Source: Endomicrobiia bacterium
GTDB taxonomy: Bacteria > Elusimicrobiota > Endomicrobiia > DTEH01
Assembly (NCBI GenBank): GCA_039630545.1
Contig: JBCNUU010000010.1
Location: 1 to 38,157 of the forward strand
Direction of reading: 5' to 3'
Length of the DNA stretch: 38,157 nucleotides
Below the pieces are notes generated by a model. The model ran no database searches. It had not been told where the DNA came from and worked only from the letters and a program-made list of their open reading frames with translations. Shown in pieces: positions 26,252 through 35,404 of this stretch. How positions within the stretch are numbered: the first letter of the stretch is position 1; every line of letters begins with the position of its first letter. The position numbers and the translations under genes are program-made.

Positions 26252-28378
26252 ATGAAATTTATTAAAAGTATAGAATCTAAAAAATTAGTTTTACTTGGTA
26301 TTTTTTTATTGTTTTTATTAACAATTTTGATTTTAGCATATTTTATAAAACTTTATAAAGAACTACCCACAGAAGATGAACTTAAAAATTTCACTCCGGT
26401 GCTATCAACTAAAATCCTTGACAGAAATGGTATACTTATTACAGAACTTTTTACAGAAAAGAGAACTTGGGTTGAGTTTAAAGATATTCCTGAATACATA
26501 AAACTTGCAACGTTAGCAATAGAGGATCATACTTTCTATAAACACTGGGGGATAAATCCTAAAAGGATATTAAAAGCACTATTAGATAATTTACTTAAAA
26601 GGAAATTTTATGTAGGCGGTTCTACAATTACTCAGCAGCTTGCTAAAATTTCCTTTTTAACTCATAAAAAAAACTTAGAAAGGAAACTAAAAGAGTTAAT
26701 TTTAACTATTAACTTAGAACACCATTTTTCTAAAGATGAAATTTTAGAAATGTATTTAAATCAAGTGTATTTTGGACACGGAGCATATGGGATTCAACAG
26801 GCTGCAAAGATTTATTTTTCCAAAAATCTATACGAACTAACTTTATCTGAAGCAGCTCTTTTGGCGGGACTAATTCGTTCACCTTCATATTATTCGCCTT
26901 TTAAACACTATGAGCGTGCTATAAAAAGAAGAAATGTTGTTTTAAACAGAATGTTAAAATTAAAGTATATAAATAAGCAACTCTATGAAGAAGCTATAAA
27001 TGAACCTATAGTTGTAGGATATACTTCTGTACCCTCTGCTACAGCTGCTTATTTTGTAGAGTATATAAAAGAACAAATAGAGAAAGAATTTTCTTCTGAA
27101 ACATTATATACGGAAGGATTAACCATAATAACAACTCTTGATCTTAATCTCCAAAAAAAAGCAGAAGAAATAATATCAAAGCGTCTTATTGAGATCGATA
27201 AAATAATAAAATCAACAGATCCTGTACAATGTGCATTAATAGCTATGGAGATAAAAACAGGCAAAATTCTCACTATGATAGGAGGAAGAGATTTCAGAAA
27301 ATCTCAATTTAATAGAGTAACACAAGCAAAAAGACAACCAGGTTCTGCTTTTAAACCAATAATTTTTTTAGCTGCTTTGGAAAATAACTACACCCCATCT
27401 ACCATAATTGAAGACACACCGCTTGTTTTTTACAATAATGGTTTTGACTGGGAACTACTTAAAGCTACTTCTGATTATTCTCAATTAGATTACAGCAAAC
27501 TTGCTAAAATCAACATTACAAACAAGGACGAATTTATATCCAATCTGTCACAATTAAAAGAAAAAAATAAAATATGGATTCCAGAAAATTACAAAAATAA
27601 ATATTATGGAAAAGTAACTCTAAGAAAAGCTTTAGAATTATCTCTTAATTCATGTGCAATTAGATTAACAATGGAATTAGGAACTAACAAAATAATAGAA
27701 TGTGCTAAAAAACTTGGTATTAATACACCTCTTATTAATACTTATTCATTAGCACTTGGAGCTTCAGAAGTAACACTTTGGGAATTAGTTACTGCATATA
27801 ATGTATTTGCTAACTATGGCATAAAAGTTGAACCTTATGGAATTGTAGAAATAAAAGATAAGTTCAACAATACAATAAAATCTTACTCACCAAAAGAAAC
27901 AATCGTTTTAACACCAGAGATATCATATATACTTACAAATCTGTTAAAAGGGGTTGTAAAAAGTGGAACAGGTTATTACGCAAGAAATTTAGGCAAAATC
28001 TCAGCGGGTAAAACAGGAACTTCCAATGATTGTACTGATGCATGGTATATCGGTTATACTCCAGACATAATATGTGGAGTATGGGTAGGTTTAGATATTA
28101 AAAAGTCTTTAGGTAGAGACGCAACTGGTGGTAAAGTTGCTTGTCCAATATGGACAGAATACATGAAGTTTGCAACTGAAAATTTACCTAACAAAGATTT
28201 TGAAAAGCCTGAAGGAATAGTGGAAGTTTTAATAGATGCTAATTCTGGACTATTAGCAACACCTGATTCCAAAAAAGTTTATCTTGAAGCTTTTATTAAA
28301 GGAACCCAACCACAAGAATACGCTACAATAACAGATGAAATTTCAACTTCCTCAGAGGAAGAGACTACAGGCTTTTAA
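26252..28378 (+). CDS. Class A penicillin-binding protein (PBP1A family)
   Basis: N-terminal TM; GT51 motifs EDHTFYKHWG, GGSTITQQL, RKLKE; transpeptidase SAFK, SLN, KTG. Confidence 0.95.
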   Translation: MKFIKSIESKKLVLLGIFLLFLLTILILAYFIKLYKELPTEDELKNFTPVLSTKILDRNGILITELFTEKRTWVEFKDIPEYIKLATLAIEDHTFYKHWGINPKRILKALLDNLLKRKFYVGGSTITQQLAKISFLTHKKNLERKLKELILTINLEHHFSKDEILEMYLNQVYFGHGAYGIQQAAKIYFSKNLYELTLSEAALLAGLIRSPSYYSPFKHYERAIKRRNVVLNRMLKLKYINKQLYEEAINEPIVVGYTSVPSATAAYFVEYIKEQIEKEFSSETLYTEGLTIITTLDLNLQKKAEEIISKRLIEIDKIIKSTDPVQCALIAMEIKTGKILTMIGGRDFRKSQFNRVTQAKRQPGSAFKPIIFLAALENNYTPSTIIEDTPLVFYNNGFDWELLKATSDYSQLDYSKLAKINITNKDEFISNLSQLKEKNKIWIPENYKNKYYGKVTLRKALELSLNSCAIRLTMELGTNKIIECAKKLGINTPLINTYSLALGASEVTLWELVTAYNVFANYGIKVEPYGIVEIKDKFNNTIKSYSPKETIVLTPEISYILTNLLKGVVKSGTGYYARNLGKISAGKTGTSNDCTDAWYIGYTPDIICGVWVGLDIKKSLGRDATGGKVACPIWTEYMKFATENLPNKDFEKPEGIVEVLIDANSGLLATPDSKKVYLEAFIKGTQPQEYATITDEISTSSEEETTGF

Positions 28379-28380
28379 CT

Positions 28381-28884
28381 TTATTTCTTTTTATGTAATT
28401 CAAAAGCTTGATGTAAACTTTTTACAGCTGTTTCTAAATGTTCTTTTTTGATTATACAGGAAATTTTTATCTCAGATGTAGAAATCATTTCTATGTTTAT
28501 ATTGTTTTTACCTAAAGTCTCAAACATTTTAGCAGCTACACCTGGATGACTCCTCATACCAACACCTATAATTGAAACCTTCGCCATGTTGTCTTCATAA
28601 ACTACACCACCTGAATTTAATTGCTTATTTATTTCTTCTAACACTTCTAGTGCTTTTTTTAAATCATTATAAGAGATTGTGAAAGAAATGTCATTTTTTT
28701 TACCTCTAGCAGCTGATTGTACAATCATGTCTACATTTATATTCTCTTTAGCCAGTGCTCCAAAAATTTTAGCTGCTATACCTGGGCGATCAGGAACATC
28801 CAATATGCTCATTTTTACTTGGTTTTTATCAAATGTAACCGCTGTAACTATTGGTTCTTCCATTTTATGTTTTGCTTTCATCAT
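28381..28884 (-). CDS. Stand-alone tandem-ACT protein resembling aspartokinase beta subunit
   Basis: MEEPIVTAV, VPDRPGIAAKIF..LA..NINVDMIVQ, KVSIIGVGMRSHPGVAAKMF, INIEMISTSEIKIS, LHQAF; own SD AGGAGG at 28891-28896, 6 nt before the ATG at 28884. Confidence 0.88.
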   Translation of the reverse strand: MMKAKHKMEEPIVTAVTFDKNQVKMSILDVPDRPGIAAKIFGALAKENINVDMIVQSAARGKKNDISFTISYNDLKKALEVLEEINKQLNSGGVVYEDNMAKVSIIGVGMRSHPGVAAKMFETLGKNNINIEMISTSEIKISCIIKKEHLETAVKSLHQAFELHKKK

Positions 28885-28897
28885 CAAAAACCTCCTT

Positions 28898-31075
28898 TCA
28901 TACAGTCCAAAACATTTTAAAATATGTTTCGTCAGGATGAAATATCTCTATAAATCCGTTTTCTGGTAGTCTTTGTATTTCTACTAATTTCTCATTAATT
29001 TTTTTTTCAAAATTTACAAAAAAAACTATTTGTTGATGTGGTTTTGTTTCTAATAAAATAAAAGGAACTTTAATCTCTATTATTCTATCTATAGCTAAAT
29101 TGTTTTCTACCTCTTTTGTTTCACCGTTGGGGAAAAAAACCTTATATGCTTTTTTATCTTTTTCGTCTAAGTTAATTTTGAAATTATAAGCTTTATTGTT
29201 TTTTAAGTCACTAATAAAACATATATTTAATACAAGATCCTTGAATTCTAATTTTTCATGATAGTCTATACGAATATAGATATTTTTTAAGTCAAAACCA
29301 TAATATAAAGAATCTGCTATGGAATTTGTTCTGTGCTGTGAAAAATTTATCCGTATATATTTACCGGAGTTGACCCATTCAAAATAATTAGAAATTTTAC
29401 CATCTATCGTTGGTGTAATAAAATTAGATGGAACTAAAATATTATTTTTTACCATATTTATTTTTATTGGTATATCCAGATAATTAGGATATTCCTGTTG
29501 TAAAGCTATATATACATTTTTTAGATGTTGTCTAAACAAAAAATCAAAAAGATCACTTTGATATGAGTAATGTTCATCACCAAACCACCAGAACCAATCA
29601 GAACCTTCAGCTGCATAAATTTCCTGCCAACAGAATTCTTCTTTTTCTTTAGAGATCTGATTATTTATCAAAAAATTTTGCAAAAACTCTCTTGTTTTAT
29701 ATAGATATTCCCATGCTTTATTATCTTCAGGATGTCCTATCCATATCTCATAATTAGAATTTATCCAGGAACCAGGCCATATATTTTTCAAAATTGGTGT
29801 TTTTGGATATTTAGACAGATAATCATCTATTAATACTGTTTCGAATATTTCATTAGATGTAAGCATCTCATAAAAAGCATAAAGAAAATCTTCGCCATCA
29901 TTTTGATAATACTCCCAGCAATTTTCTCCATCAAGTATTATAGATACTAAAAATGGAAAATCTTTATTTTTTGAAAGATTATAAATTTCTGTAAGTTTTA
30001 ATTCTATGTCTTTTATAGCATCTTCTTTTTTCCATTTGTAATAAACAAAACTGATATTATTAGATAACTCCTTATTTCTAAAAATTACATAAATTGGTTC
30101 ATCAATATAAAATCTGTAAGGTGTAAAGAGTGCATCTTTAGAAAAAATCTCTCCCTCTTTTATTAAAGTTTTTGCCAAAATATCTTCATCAGTAGCGAAC
30201 CATCTTATTTTAAACTTCTTTAAAAGATAAACCAAATCATCAGAAACAGCTCCCTCTGAGGGCCAAAAACCTTTTGGTGATATCCCAAATTTTTCCTCAT
30301 AATACTTTTTAGCTATTTCTATTTGCTTTTCTGCATCAGTAAGTAAAGATATTGCGTTAGAAGGTAATTTTATATGAGGTGCTGAAATTTTTGCATTTTG
30401 TGGATTTAATAATAACGGCAAAATAGGATGATAAAAAGCAGAAAAAGAAATTTCTATTTTGTTTTCTTGCTGAAGTTGTTTATATTTTTTAATAATCTCA
30501 CCACAAATCCAAGATTGTTTATTTGTTATTAGATACTTGTCCTCCTGTGTAAAACCTTCTTGTTTTTCAAATAAAGCCTTTATTTCTAAATCATTTTTCC
30601 TCCAGTAAGGATCAAACCAAACTAAGTTATACCATACTTGCAAATCAGTCCAATCTTTATGGTTAAAATATGTAATCTTTCTTAAAATTTCATCTTCTTT
30701 TAAATTTTTTCCTCTTTTTTCTAAAAGCTCCCTGTATCTTCTGTAAGGATAAACCATTGTTTCCCAATTACAATTAAAAAAGTTTTTAAGTATAAATAAC
30801 TTATCTTCTACGGTAAGCTCAGTAGATGGTTTAAGAGTCAATTCAAGGTATTTATCTTTAGCACCTCTGGAATAATCTTCAAGTTGAACCAGTAACGACG
30901 GAACAAAATTAAAATTTAACTTCAATTTCGGAAACTTTTCGACCCATGTTGCCATATCATAATAGTCCTTTGTTGCATGAAACTTTACCCATGGAAGATG
31001 GTAATAGTTATCTAACGGATCTTTATATAAGGGTTGATGATGATGATAAAGGATAGCAACGTATAATTTTTTCAT
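28898..31075 (-). CDS. Glycoside hydrolase family 57 (amylopullulanase-like)
   Basis: HHHQPLY, FYHPILPL, GFWPSEGAVS (nucleophile), LDGENCWEYY (acid/base), GSWIN, AEGSDWFWW. Confidence 0.93.
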   Translation of the reverse strand: MKKLYVAILYHHHQPLYKDPLDNYYHLPWVKFHATKDYYDMATWVEKFPKLKLNFNFVPSLLVQLEDYSRGAKDKYLELTLKPSTELTVEDKLFILKNFFNCNWETMVYPYRRYRELLEKRGKNLKEDEILRKITYFNHKDWTDLQVWYNLVWFDPYWRKNDLEIKALFEKQEGFTQEDKYLITNKQSWICGEIIKKYKQLQQENKIEISFSAFYHPILPLLLNPQNAKISAPHIKLPSNAISLLTDAEKQIEIAKKYYEEKFGISPKGFWPSEGAVSDDLVYLLKKFKIRWFATDEDILAKTLIKEGEIFSKDALFTPYRFYIDEPIYVIFRNKELSNNISFVYYKWKKEDAIKDIELKLTEIYNLSKNKDFPFLVSIILDGENCWEYYQNDGEDFLYAFYEMLTSNEIFETVLIDDYLSKYPKTPILKNIWPGSWINSNYEIWIGHPEDNKAWEYLYKTREFLQNFLINNQISKEKEEFCWQEIYAAEGSDWFWWFGDEHYSYQSDLFDFLFRQHLKNVYIALQQEYPNYLDIPIKINMVKNNILVPSNFITPTIDGKISNYFEWVNSGKYIRINFSQHRTNSIADSLYYGFDLKNIYIRIDYHEKLEFKDLVLNICFISDLKNNKAYNFKINLDEKDKKAYKVFFPNGETKEVENNLAIDRIIEIKVPFILLETKPHQQIVFFVNFEKKINEKLVEIQRLPENGFIEIFHPDETYFKMFWTV

Positions 31076-31076
31076 A

Positions 31077-32363
31077 TTAAAACTTACTCTTTACATAAAT
31101 TCCTAACTTTGTAGCATCTTCGTCTTTTTCATAGACTCCTTTTGTAGGGTTAAATATTGAATAATATAAACTTATATCTAAAATATCAGAAATACTATAT
31201 CTTACAGAAAAATCATATTCTACACCAATTGCTTTCTTTGCACCTAAAGTTTTTTCTGTAGCTGATGGTTCCGGTTTATTATCCGGAGCCGAAGGAGATG
31301 AAAACAAATAATATCCCAATCCAGCAAAAAATCTTTTCAACGGGTTAATCAATAAATTAAAACCTAAAACAAAAATTCCACTGTAACCTTGAGGTAAATC
31401 AAAAAAAATGTTGTTTATATTAGCTTTAGCAAAATCACCATATCCATATGGTTCTAAAAAGTAATATTTCCTATAAAATGAAGGTTCAAACTTATTTCTT
31501 TCATCTCCTCCGGATGAAAGCAACCACACTAAACTTGCTTCTGACTCACCTAAGTATTTATTTTTCCCTCTTGTGGCTGCTTTTAGAAACCATAAATTTC
31601 CAGAATATTCCATCTGTTCTTTTCTTCCTGTTTGAAAAGAATATTCAAAAATATAATAGTAATTTGTAAGTTCTCTTTTTATAAAAAATTCATAAAAAAT
31701 TTTCTCAAAATTTAAAATTTCGTTGTTCTCCAGAGTAGTAGATATTCCAAAATCAAAACTTTTATAGTACTTGCTGCCTACAAGAAAACTATAAAGATCA
31801 AATTTTTTATTCTCAATAAATCCTCCATAGGATATCACTCTACTAAATAAACTATCCAAATATAAATATTTACCTAAATTAACACAAAATGAAAATCCAT
31901 CATATCCTATTCCATTATCCCCCAAAACCATACCATTTATAAATTCTTTTTTTTGTCTGCCAATTGTAGATATAAATTCTACATTTTCTTTCAAGAATTC
32001 AAAATTATATGTATATCTTATATATGACTCAGATATCCATGGCAAAAAGCTAACATTAGGATAAGGCAAATTTTTTTGCCATAAGTAAGTATATGTCGAA
32101 ACTTGAAAGTTATTATCTCCTACCTCTCCGATAGAACAAAAATTAACTTTAAATTCAAAATTATCTATACTTATCTTTAAAGCTGAATTTAGAAAAGAAT
32201 AAATTTTACTGCAACTATCAACAGATGCAATGTTATTAAAGTCTAAATTATTATAATTTATATAGTCTACTTCATAAATTGTATCTAAGAAAACTCTTGT
32301 TGAGGTAAAAACACAATTTATTAAAAAACCAGTTATAATTAAAAAAAACATTAGCCTTTTCAT
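31077..32363 (-). CDS. Putative outer-membrane beta-barrel protein (alginate-export-like)
   Basis: Signal peptide, many alternating aromatic/polar strands, IGRQ..G..LG...G.DG segment, C-terminal barrel signature ending in Phe (GIYVKSKF). Confidence 0.6.
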   Translation of the reverse strand: MKRLMFFLIITGFLINCVFTSTRVFLDTIYEVDYINYNNLDFNNIASVDSCSKIYSFLNSALKISIDNFEFKVNFCSIGEVGDNNFQVSTYTYLWQKNLPYPNVSFLPWISESYIRYTYNFEFLKENVEFISTIGRQKKEFINGMVLGDNGIGYDGFSFCVNLGKYLYLDSLFSRVISYGGFIENKKFDLYSFLVGSKYYKSFDFGISTTLENNEILNFEKIFYEFFIKRELTNYYYIFEYSFQTGRKEQMEYSGNLWFLKAATRGKNKYLGESEASLVWLLSSGGDERNKFEPSFYRKYYFLEPYGYGDFAKANINNIFFDLPQGYSGIFVLGFNLLINPLKRFFAGLGYYLFSSPSAPDNKPEPSATEKTLGAKKAIGVEYDFSVRYSISDILDISLYYSIFNPTKGVYEKDEDATKLGIYVKSKF

Positions 32364-32992
32364 TTTGTATTGATTTTATTTTGAGAGATATTAGACCAAT
32401 AACTTCCAGGATATAATATATTCATTTTTTCATATATCGCTTTCGCATTCTGTTGGTCTCCTTTAGCTTCGTAACATAAAGCCATTGTTTCATATATCCT
32501 TGGTGTATAAAAATGGTCTGGATATTTTTTAATTATTTCGTCAAAAATTTTAATTGCCTCGTTAAAATTAGAAAGATTAAAATGACACAAACCTAAAATA
32601 TACATAGTAGGCACTATTATTGATTTTGGCTTTTTTATCTTCAAAATTTCCAAACATAAATTTTTTACGGTTTCGAAATCTTTAGAGTCATAAAGATATG
32701 TAGCTTTTATATACATAGCAATTGCAGCATATTTTGTTTTTTTATAAGTAGAAATAATCTCATCTAAAACTTTATAACCTTCTTCAAATTTTTTAGAATA
32801 CAAAGAGTTTTCAGCAACAGTAATCCTCTGCAGAAAATACTCATTTGCCTTATGAGATCTTACTATTAACAAAATTACAACCAAAAAAACCGCACTTATA
32901 GTTGCAGAAATAGATATAATCAAATTTTTATATTTTTGAAAAAATTCTTTAAATGGTTTTAAAAATACTTCAAAATAAATTTTTTGTTGCAT
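32360..32992 (-). CDS. Membrane-anchored tetratricopeptide repeat protein (YfgM/BamD-like)
   Basis: Single N-terminal TM; TPR-like YILGLCHFNLSNFNEAIKIFDEIIKKYP and MALCYEAKGDQQNAKAIY..YP. Confidence 0.78.
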   Translation of the reverse strand: MQQKIYFEVFLKPFKEFFQKYKNLIISISATISAVFLVVILLIVRSHKANEYFLQRITVAENSLYSKKFEEGYKVLDEIISTYKKTKYAAIAMYIKATYLYDSKDFETVKNLCLEILKIKKPKSIIVPTMYILGLCHFNLSNFNEAIKIFDEIIKKYPDHFYTPRIYETMALCYEAKGDQQNAKAIYEKMNILYPGSYWSNISQNKINTK

Positions 32993-33014
32993 AAATTTCC
33001 CTTTCTTTTAAAAA

Positions 33015-33086
33015 TGTCCCCGATGGGAATTGAACCCATATATGTAGCTTAGGAGGCTACCGCTCTATCCGTTGAGCTACGGGGAC
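33015..33086 (-). tRNA. tRNA-Arg (anticodon CCT)
   Basis: Cloverleaf: acceptor GTCCCCG/CGGGGAC, D-stem GCTC/GAGC, anticodon arm GTAGC-CT CCT AA-GCTAC, T-arm ATGGG-TTCAATT-CCCAT; CCA not encoded. Confidence 0.95.
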
Positions 33087-33090
33087 ATTT

Positions 33091-33612
33091 TTAATATTTA
33101 ATTAAAGAATAAATTTCGTAACCTTTAAGTTTCTCTCGCGGGTTCAAAAAAGTAAGTTCTATCAGAAAACCCATTCCTATAACTTTCCCTTTACATTTCT
33201 CTATCAACGAAGCTACTGCTTTAGCTGTCCCACCTGTAGCTAACACATCATCTATTATTATTACATTATCACCCTGCGTAATAGCATCTTCATGGATTTC
33301 TAAAATATCTTTACCATACTCCAATTCATATTCAATAGAAACAGTCCTATATGGAAGTTTACCTTTTTTTCTTACTGGAACAAAACCACATCTAAGCTTA
33401 TGCGCTACAACACTTCCAAATATAAAACCTCTTGCTTCCATAGAAACTACTTTTGATACTTTTTTATCAACAAAGTATTTAGATATTTCTTCTATAGCTA
33501 AAGAAAATACATCAGGTGTTTTTAATAAAGGTGTGATATCTTTAAATATTATTCCTTCCTTTGGGAAATTTGGTATATCTCTTATATATTTTTTAAAGTT
33601 TTCTTCCTTCAT
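33091..33612 (-). CDS. apt: Adenine phosphoribosyltransferase
   Basis: IRDIPNFPKEGIIFKDIT, EARGF, RKKGKLP, YELEYG, IIDDVLATGGT. Confidence 0.97.
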   Translation of the reverse strand: MKEENFKKYIRDIPNFPKEGIIFKDITPLLKTPDVFSLAIEEISKYFVDKKVSKVVSMEARGFIFGSVVAHKLRCGFVPVRKKGKLPYRTVSIEYELEYGKDILEIHEDAITQGDNVIIIDDVLATGGTAKAVASLIEKCKGKVIGMGFLIELTFLNPREKLKGYEIYSLIKY

Positions 33613-33617
33613 ATGCT

Positions 33618-34445
33618 TTACCTACTTTCTAAAAATTTTTTCAATTTTTCTAAAACTCTTTTTTCTATTTTTCTTACATACTCCGCTGAAATATGCAAAA
33701 TTCTACCTATTTTTCTATATGCCATTTTTTTCCTATTCTTTGAAAAATTCTGATACCTCAATTTAATAACAGCATATTCTTTCTCAGTCAAAATTTTCTT
33801 AAAAGCATCTTTTAAGGTTTCATAATCAGACATCTTTACCAACAAATCTTCTGGTGTCAAAGATTTATCTGATAAAGTATCTTCTATTCTAAAATCTTCA
33901 TTTATTGGATTATCAAAAGAGCTAACATTGGAAAATATATCTAATGTATGTAAAATTTTCTTCATTTTATGATATGAAATATTTAACTTTTTGCTTATCT
34001 CTTTTATTGTTGGAGAACGGCCATATTTTTTATATATGTCCTGCCACTGTTGAATCCATTTTTTAATCATCTTTAAAGTAGACACAGGCAACTGCACAGC
34101 AGCAAATGGTTTTTCTTTTAAATAAAGCTGAATAGATTGTTTGATCCAATAAGTAGCATAAACAACAAATCGGTGCTTTTTTTGAGGTTTATACCTGTTT
34201 ATAGCTTTAAGAAGACCAATTGTTCCTTCTTCAACCAAATCTCCTAAATCTAAATTTGAGGTTATATATTTTTTGTAAAAACTCTTAGCTATATTCACCA
34301 CCAGCCACATGAAAGAATTAATTATAAAACTTTTTATCTTTTCATCGCGAGTTTTTCTATATTTGTTGATTAACTCTCTTAGTGTTTTTTCATTTATAGG
34401 TTTATAAGTCTCTATTATCTGTTGAATATTTTCTGGAATCTCCAT
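33618..34445 (-). CDS. Alternative sigma-70 family factor (RpoD/RpoS/RpoH-like regions 2-4, no region 1.1)
   Basis: LVVNIAK, DLVEEGTIGLLKAINRY, RFVVYATYWIKQSI, region 3 GRSPTIKEIS, region 4 LTEKE..VIKLRY...IG..L.IS.EYVRKIE. Confidence 0.9.
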   Translation of the reverse strand: MEIPENIQQIIETYKPINEKTLRELINKYRKTRDEKIKSFIINSFMWLVVNIAKSFYKKYITSNLDLGDLVEEGTIGLLKAINRYKPQKKHRFVVYATYWIKQSIQLYLKEKPFAAVQLPVSTLKMIKKWIQQWQDIYKKYGRSPTIKEISKKLNISYHKMKKILHTLDIFSNVSSFDNPINEDFRIEDTLSDKSLTPEDLLVKMSDYETLKDAFKKILTEKEYAVIKLRYQNFSKNRKKMAYRKIGRILHISAEYVRKIEKRVLEKLKKFLESR

Positions 34446-34451
34446 AGATGA

Positions 34452-34733
34452 TTAAAATTTTATTATAAAGTCATCATAGAATGTTGGATTTATTTTTTTA
34501 ATTTCTACTTTTTTAACTACAGCATATGGATGCTCTTTTTTTATTCTTTCAATAAATCTATTAACTTTTTCTTCTTTATCTGACTCAACTATTATTTCTA
34601 CTGTACCGTCCTGGTTATTTTTTACATATCCAGAAAGATTTTCTTCTTTTGCAATGTCTTTTACAAACCATCTATACCCTATACCTTGAACATGTCCATA
34701 TATTGTTAATTGAAATGCTACTCTATCATTCAT
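34452..34733 (-). CDS. acyP: Acylphosphatase
   Basis: GHVQGIGYR, GYVKNNQDGTVE. Confidence 0.95.
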   Translation of the reverse strand: MNDRVAFQLTIYGHVQGIGYRWFVKDIAKEENLSGYVKNNQDGTVEIIVESDKEEKVNRFIERIKKEHPYAVVKKVEIKKINPTFYDDFIIKF

Positions 34734-34735
34734 AC

Positions 34736-35404
34736 TTAAACTTTGACTGATATACCAAAAACAAAATTATAAAACAACAAGTTTTTTAAATTTTTAAAAT
34801 CAATAAAAAACAAACTCAATCTTATGTCTGGCATCAACAAAGCTCTTATTCCAAAAGAATAAAAGTTTTTAACAGGATTTACATCTATTATATACTCTAT
34901 CCATTTGGTATATTTTGAAAAAGCAATACTATAAAAATACTTTTCTTTCCCTGTAAATGAAAGAAAAAAATTAACAACAATAGATGTAGAATAAAAATCT
35001 GATAAAATTTTTTCAATTACAATAAAAGCCTCTGTTCTATAAAACCCCAGTGATATGTCCACAGGGTTATTAGAAAATGAACTAATAATATGATATTTTA
35101 TATAAGGAGATATTAAAGTAATATTTTTTGCTATTTTTGTAATATCTTGTTGCTCATTTAAATTAAGCTTTATACCTATTTCAGAATTTTTTGTTACGCC
35201 ATAATTTAACGATACATCAAATCTATGCAACCCTAACAGGACTCTATTATGAGCAACAGTATACGAATTAATAGAACAAATCTTGCCGGTAGAACCTTCT
35301 AACCTTGCACACTCAGCAAAATATTTATATCTTTTTATTTCTTTAGATAAACAAAAAGATATAAAAATAAAAAAAAGTAGTACTCTCAAACTAAATTTTC
35401 TCAT
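34736..35404 (-). CDS. Hypothetical exported protein, possibly a small beta-barrel
   Basis: Signal-like N-terminus, beta-strand-like alternation, ends FGISVKV; tightly packed between neighbours. Confidence 0.6.
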   Translation of the reverse strand: MRKFSLRVLLFFIFISFCLSKEIKRYKYFAECARLEGSTGKICSINSYTVAHNRVLLGLHRFDVSLNYGVTKNSEIGIKLNLNEQQDITKIAKNITLISPYIKYHIISSFSNNPVDISLGFYRTEAFIVIEKILSDFYSTSIVVNFFLSFTGKEKYFYSIAFSKYTKWIEYIIDVNPVKNFYSFGIRALLMPDIRLSLFFIDFKNLKNLLFYNFVFGISVKV

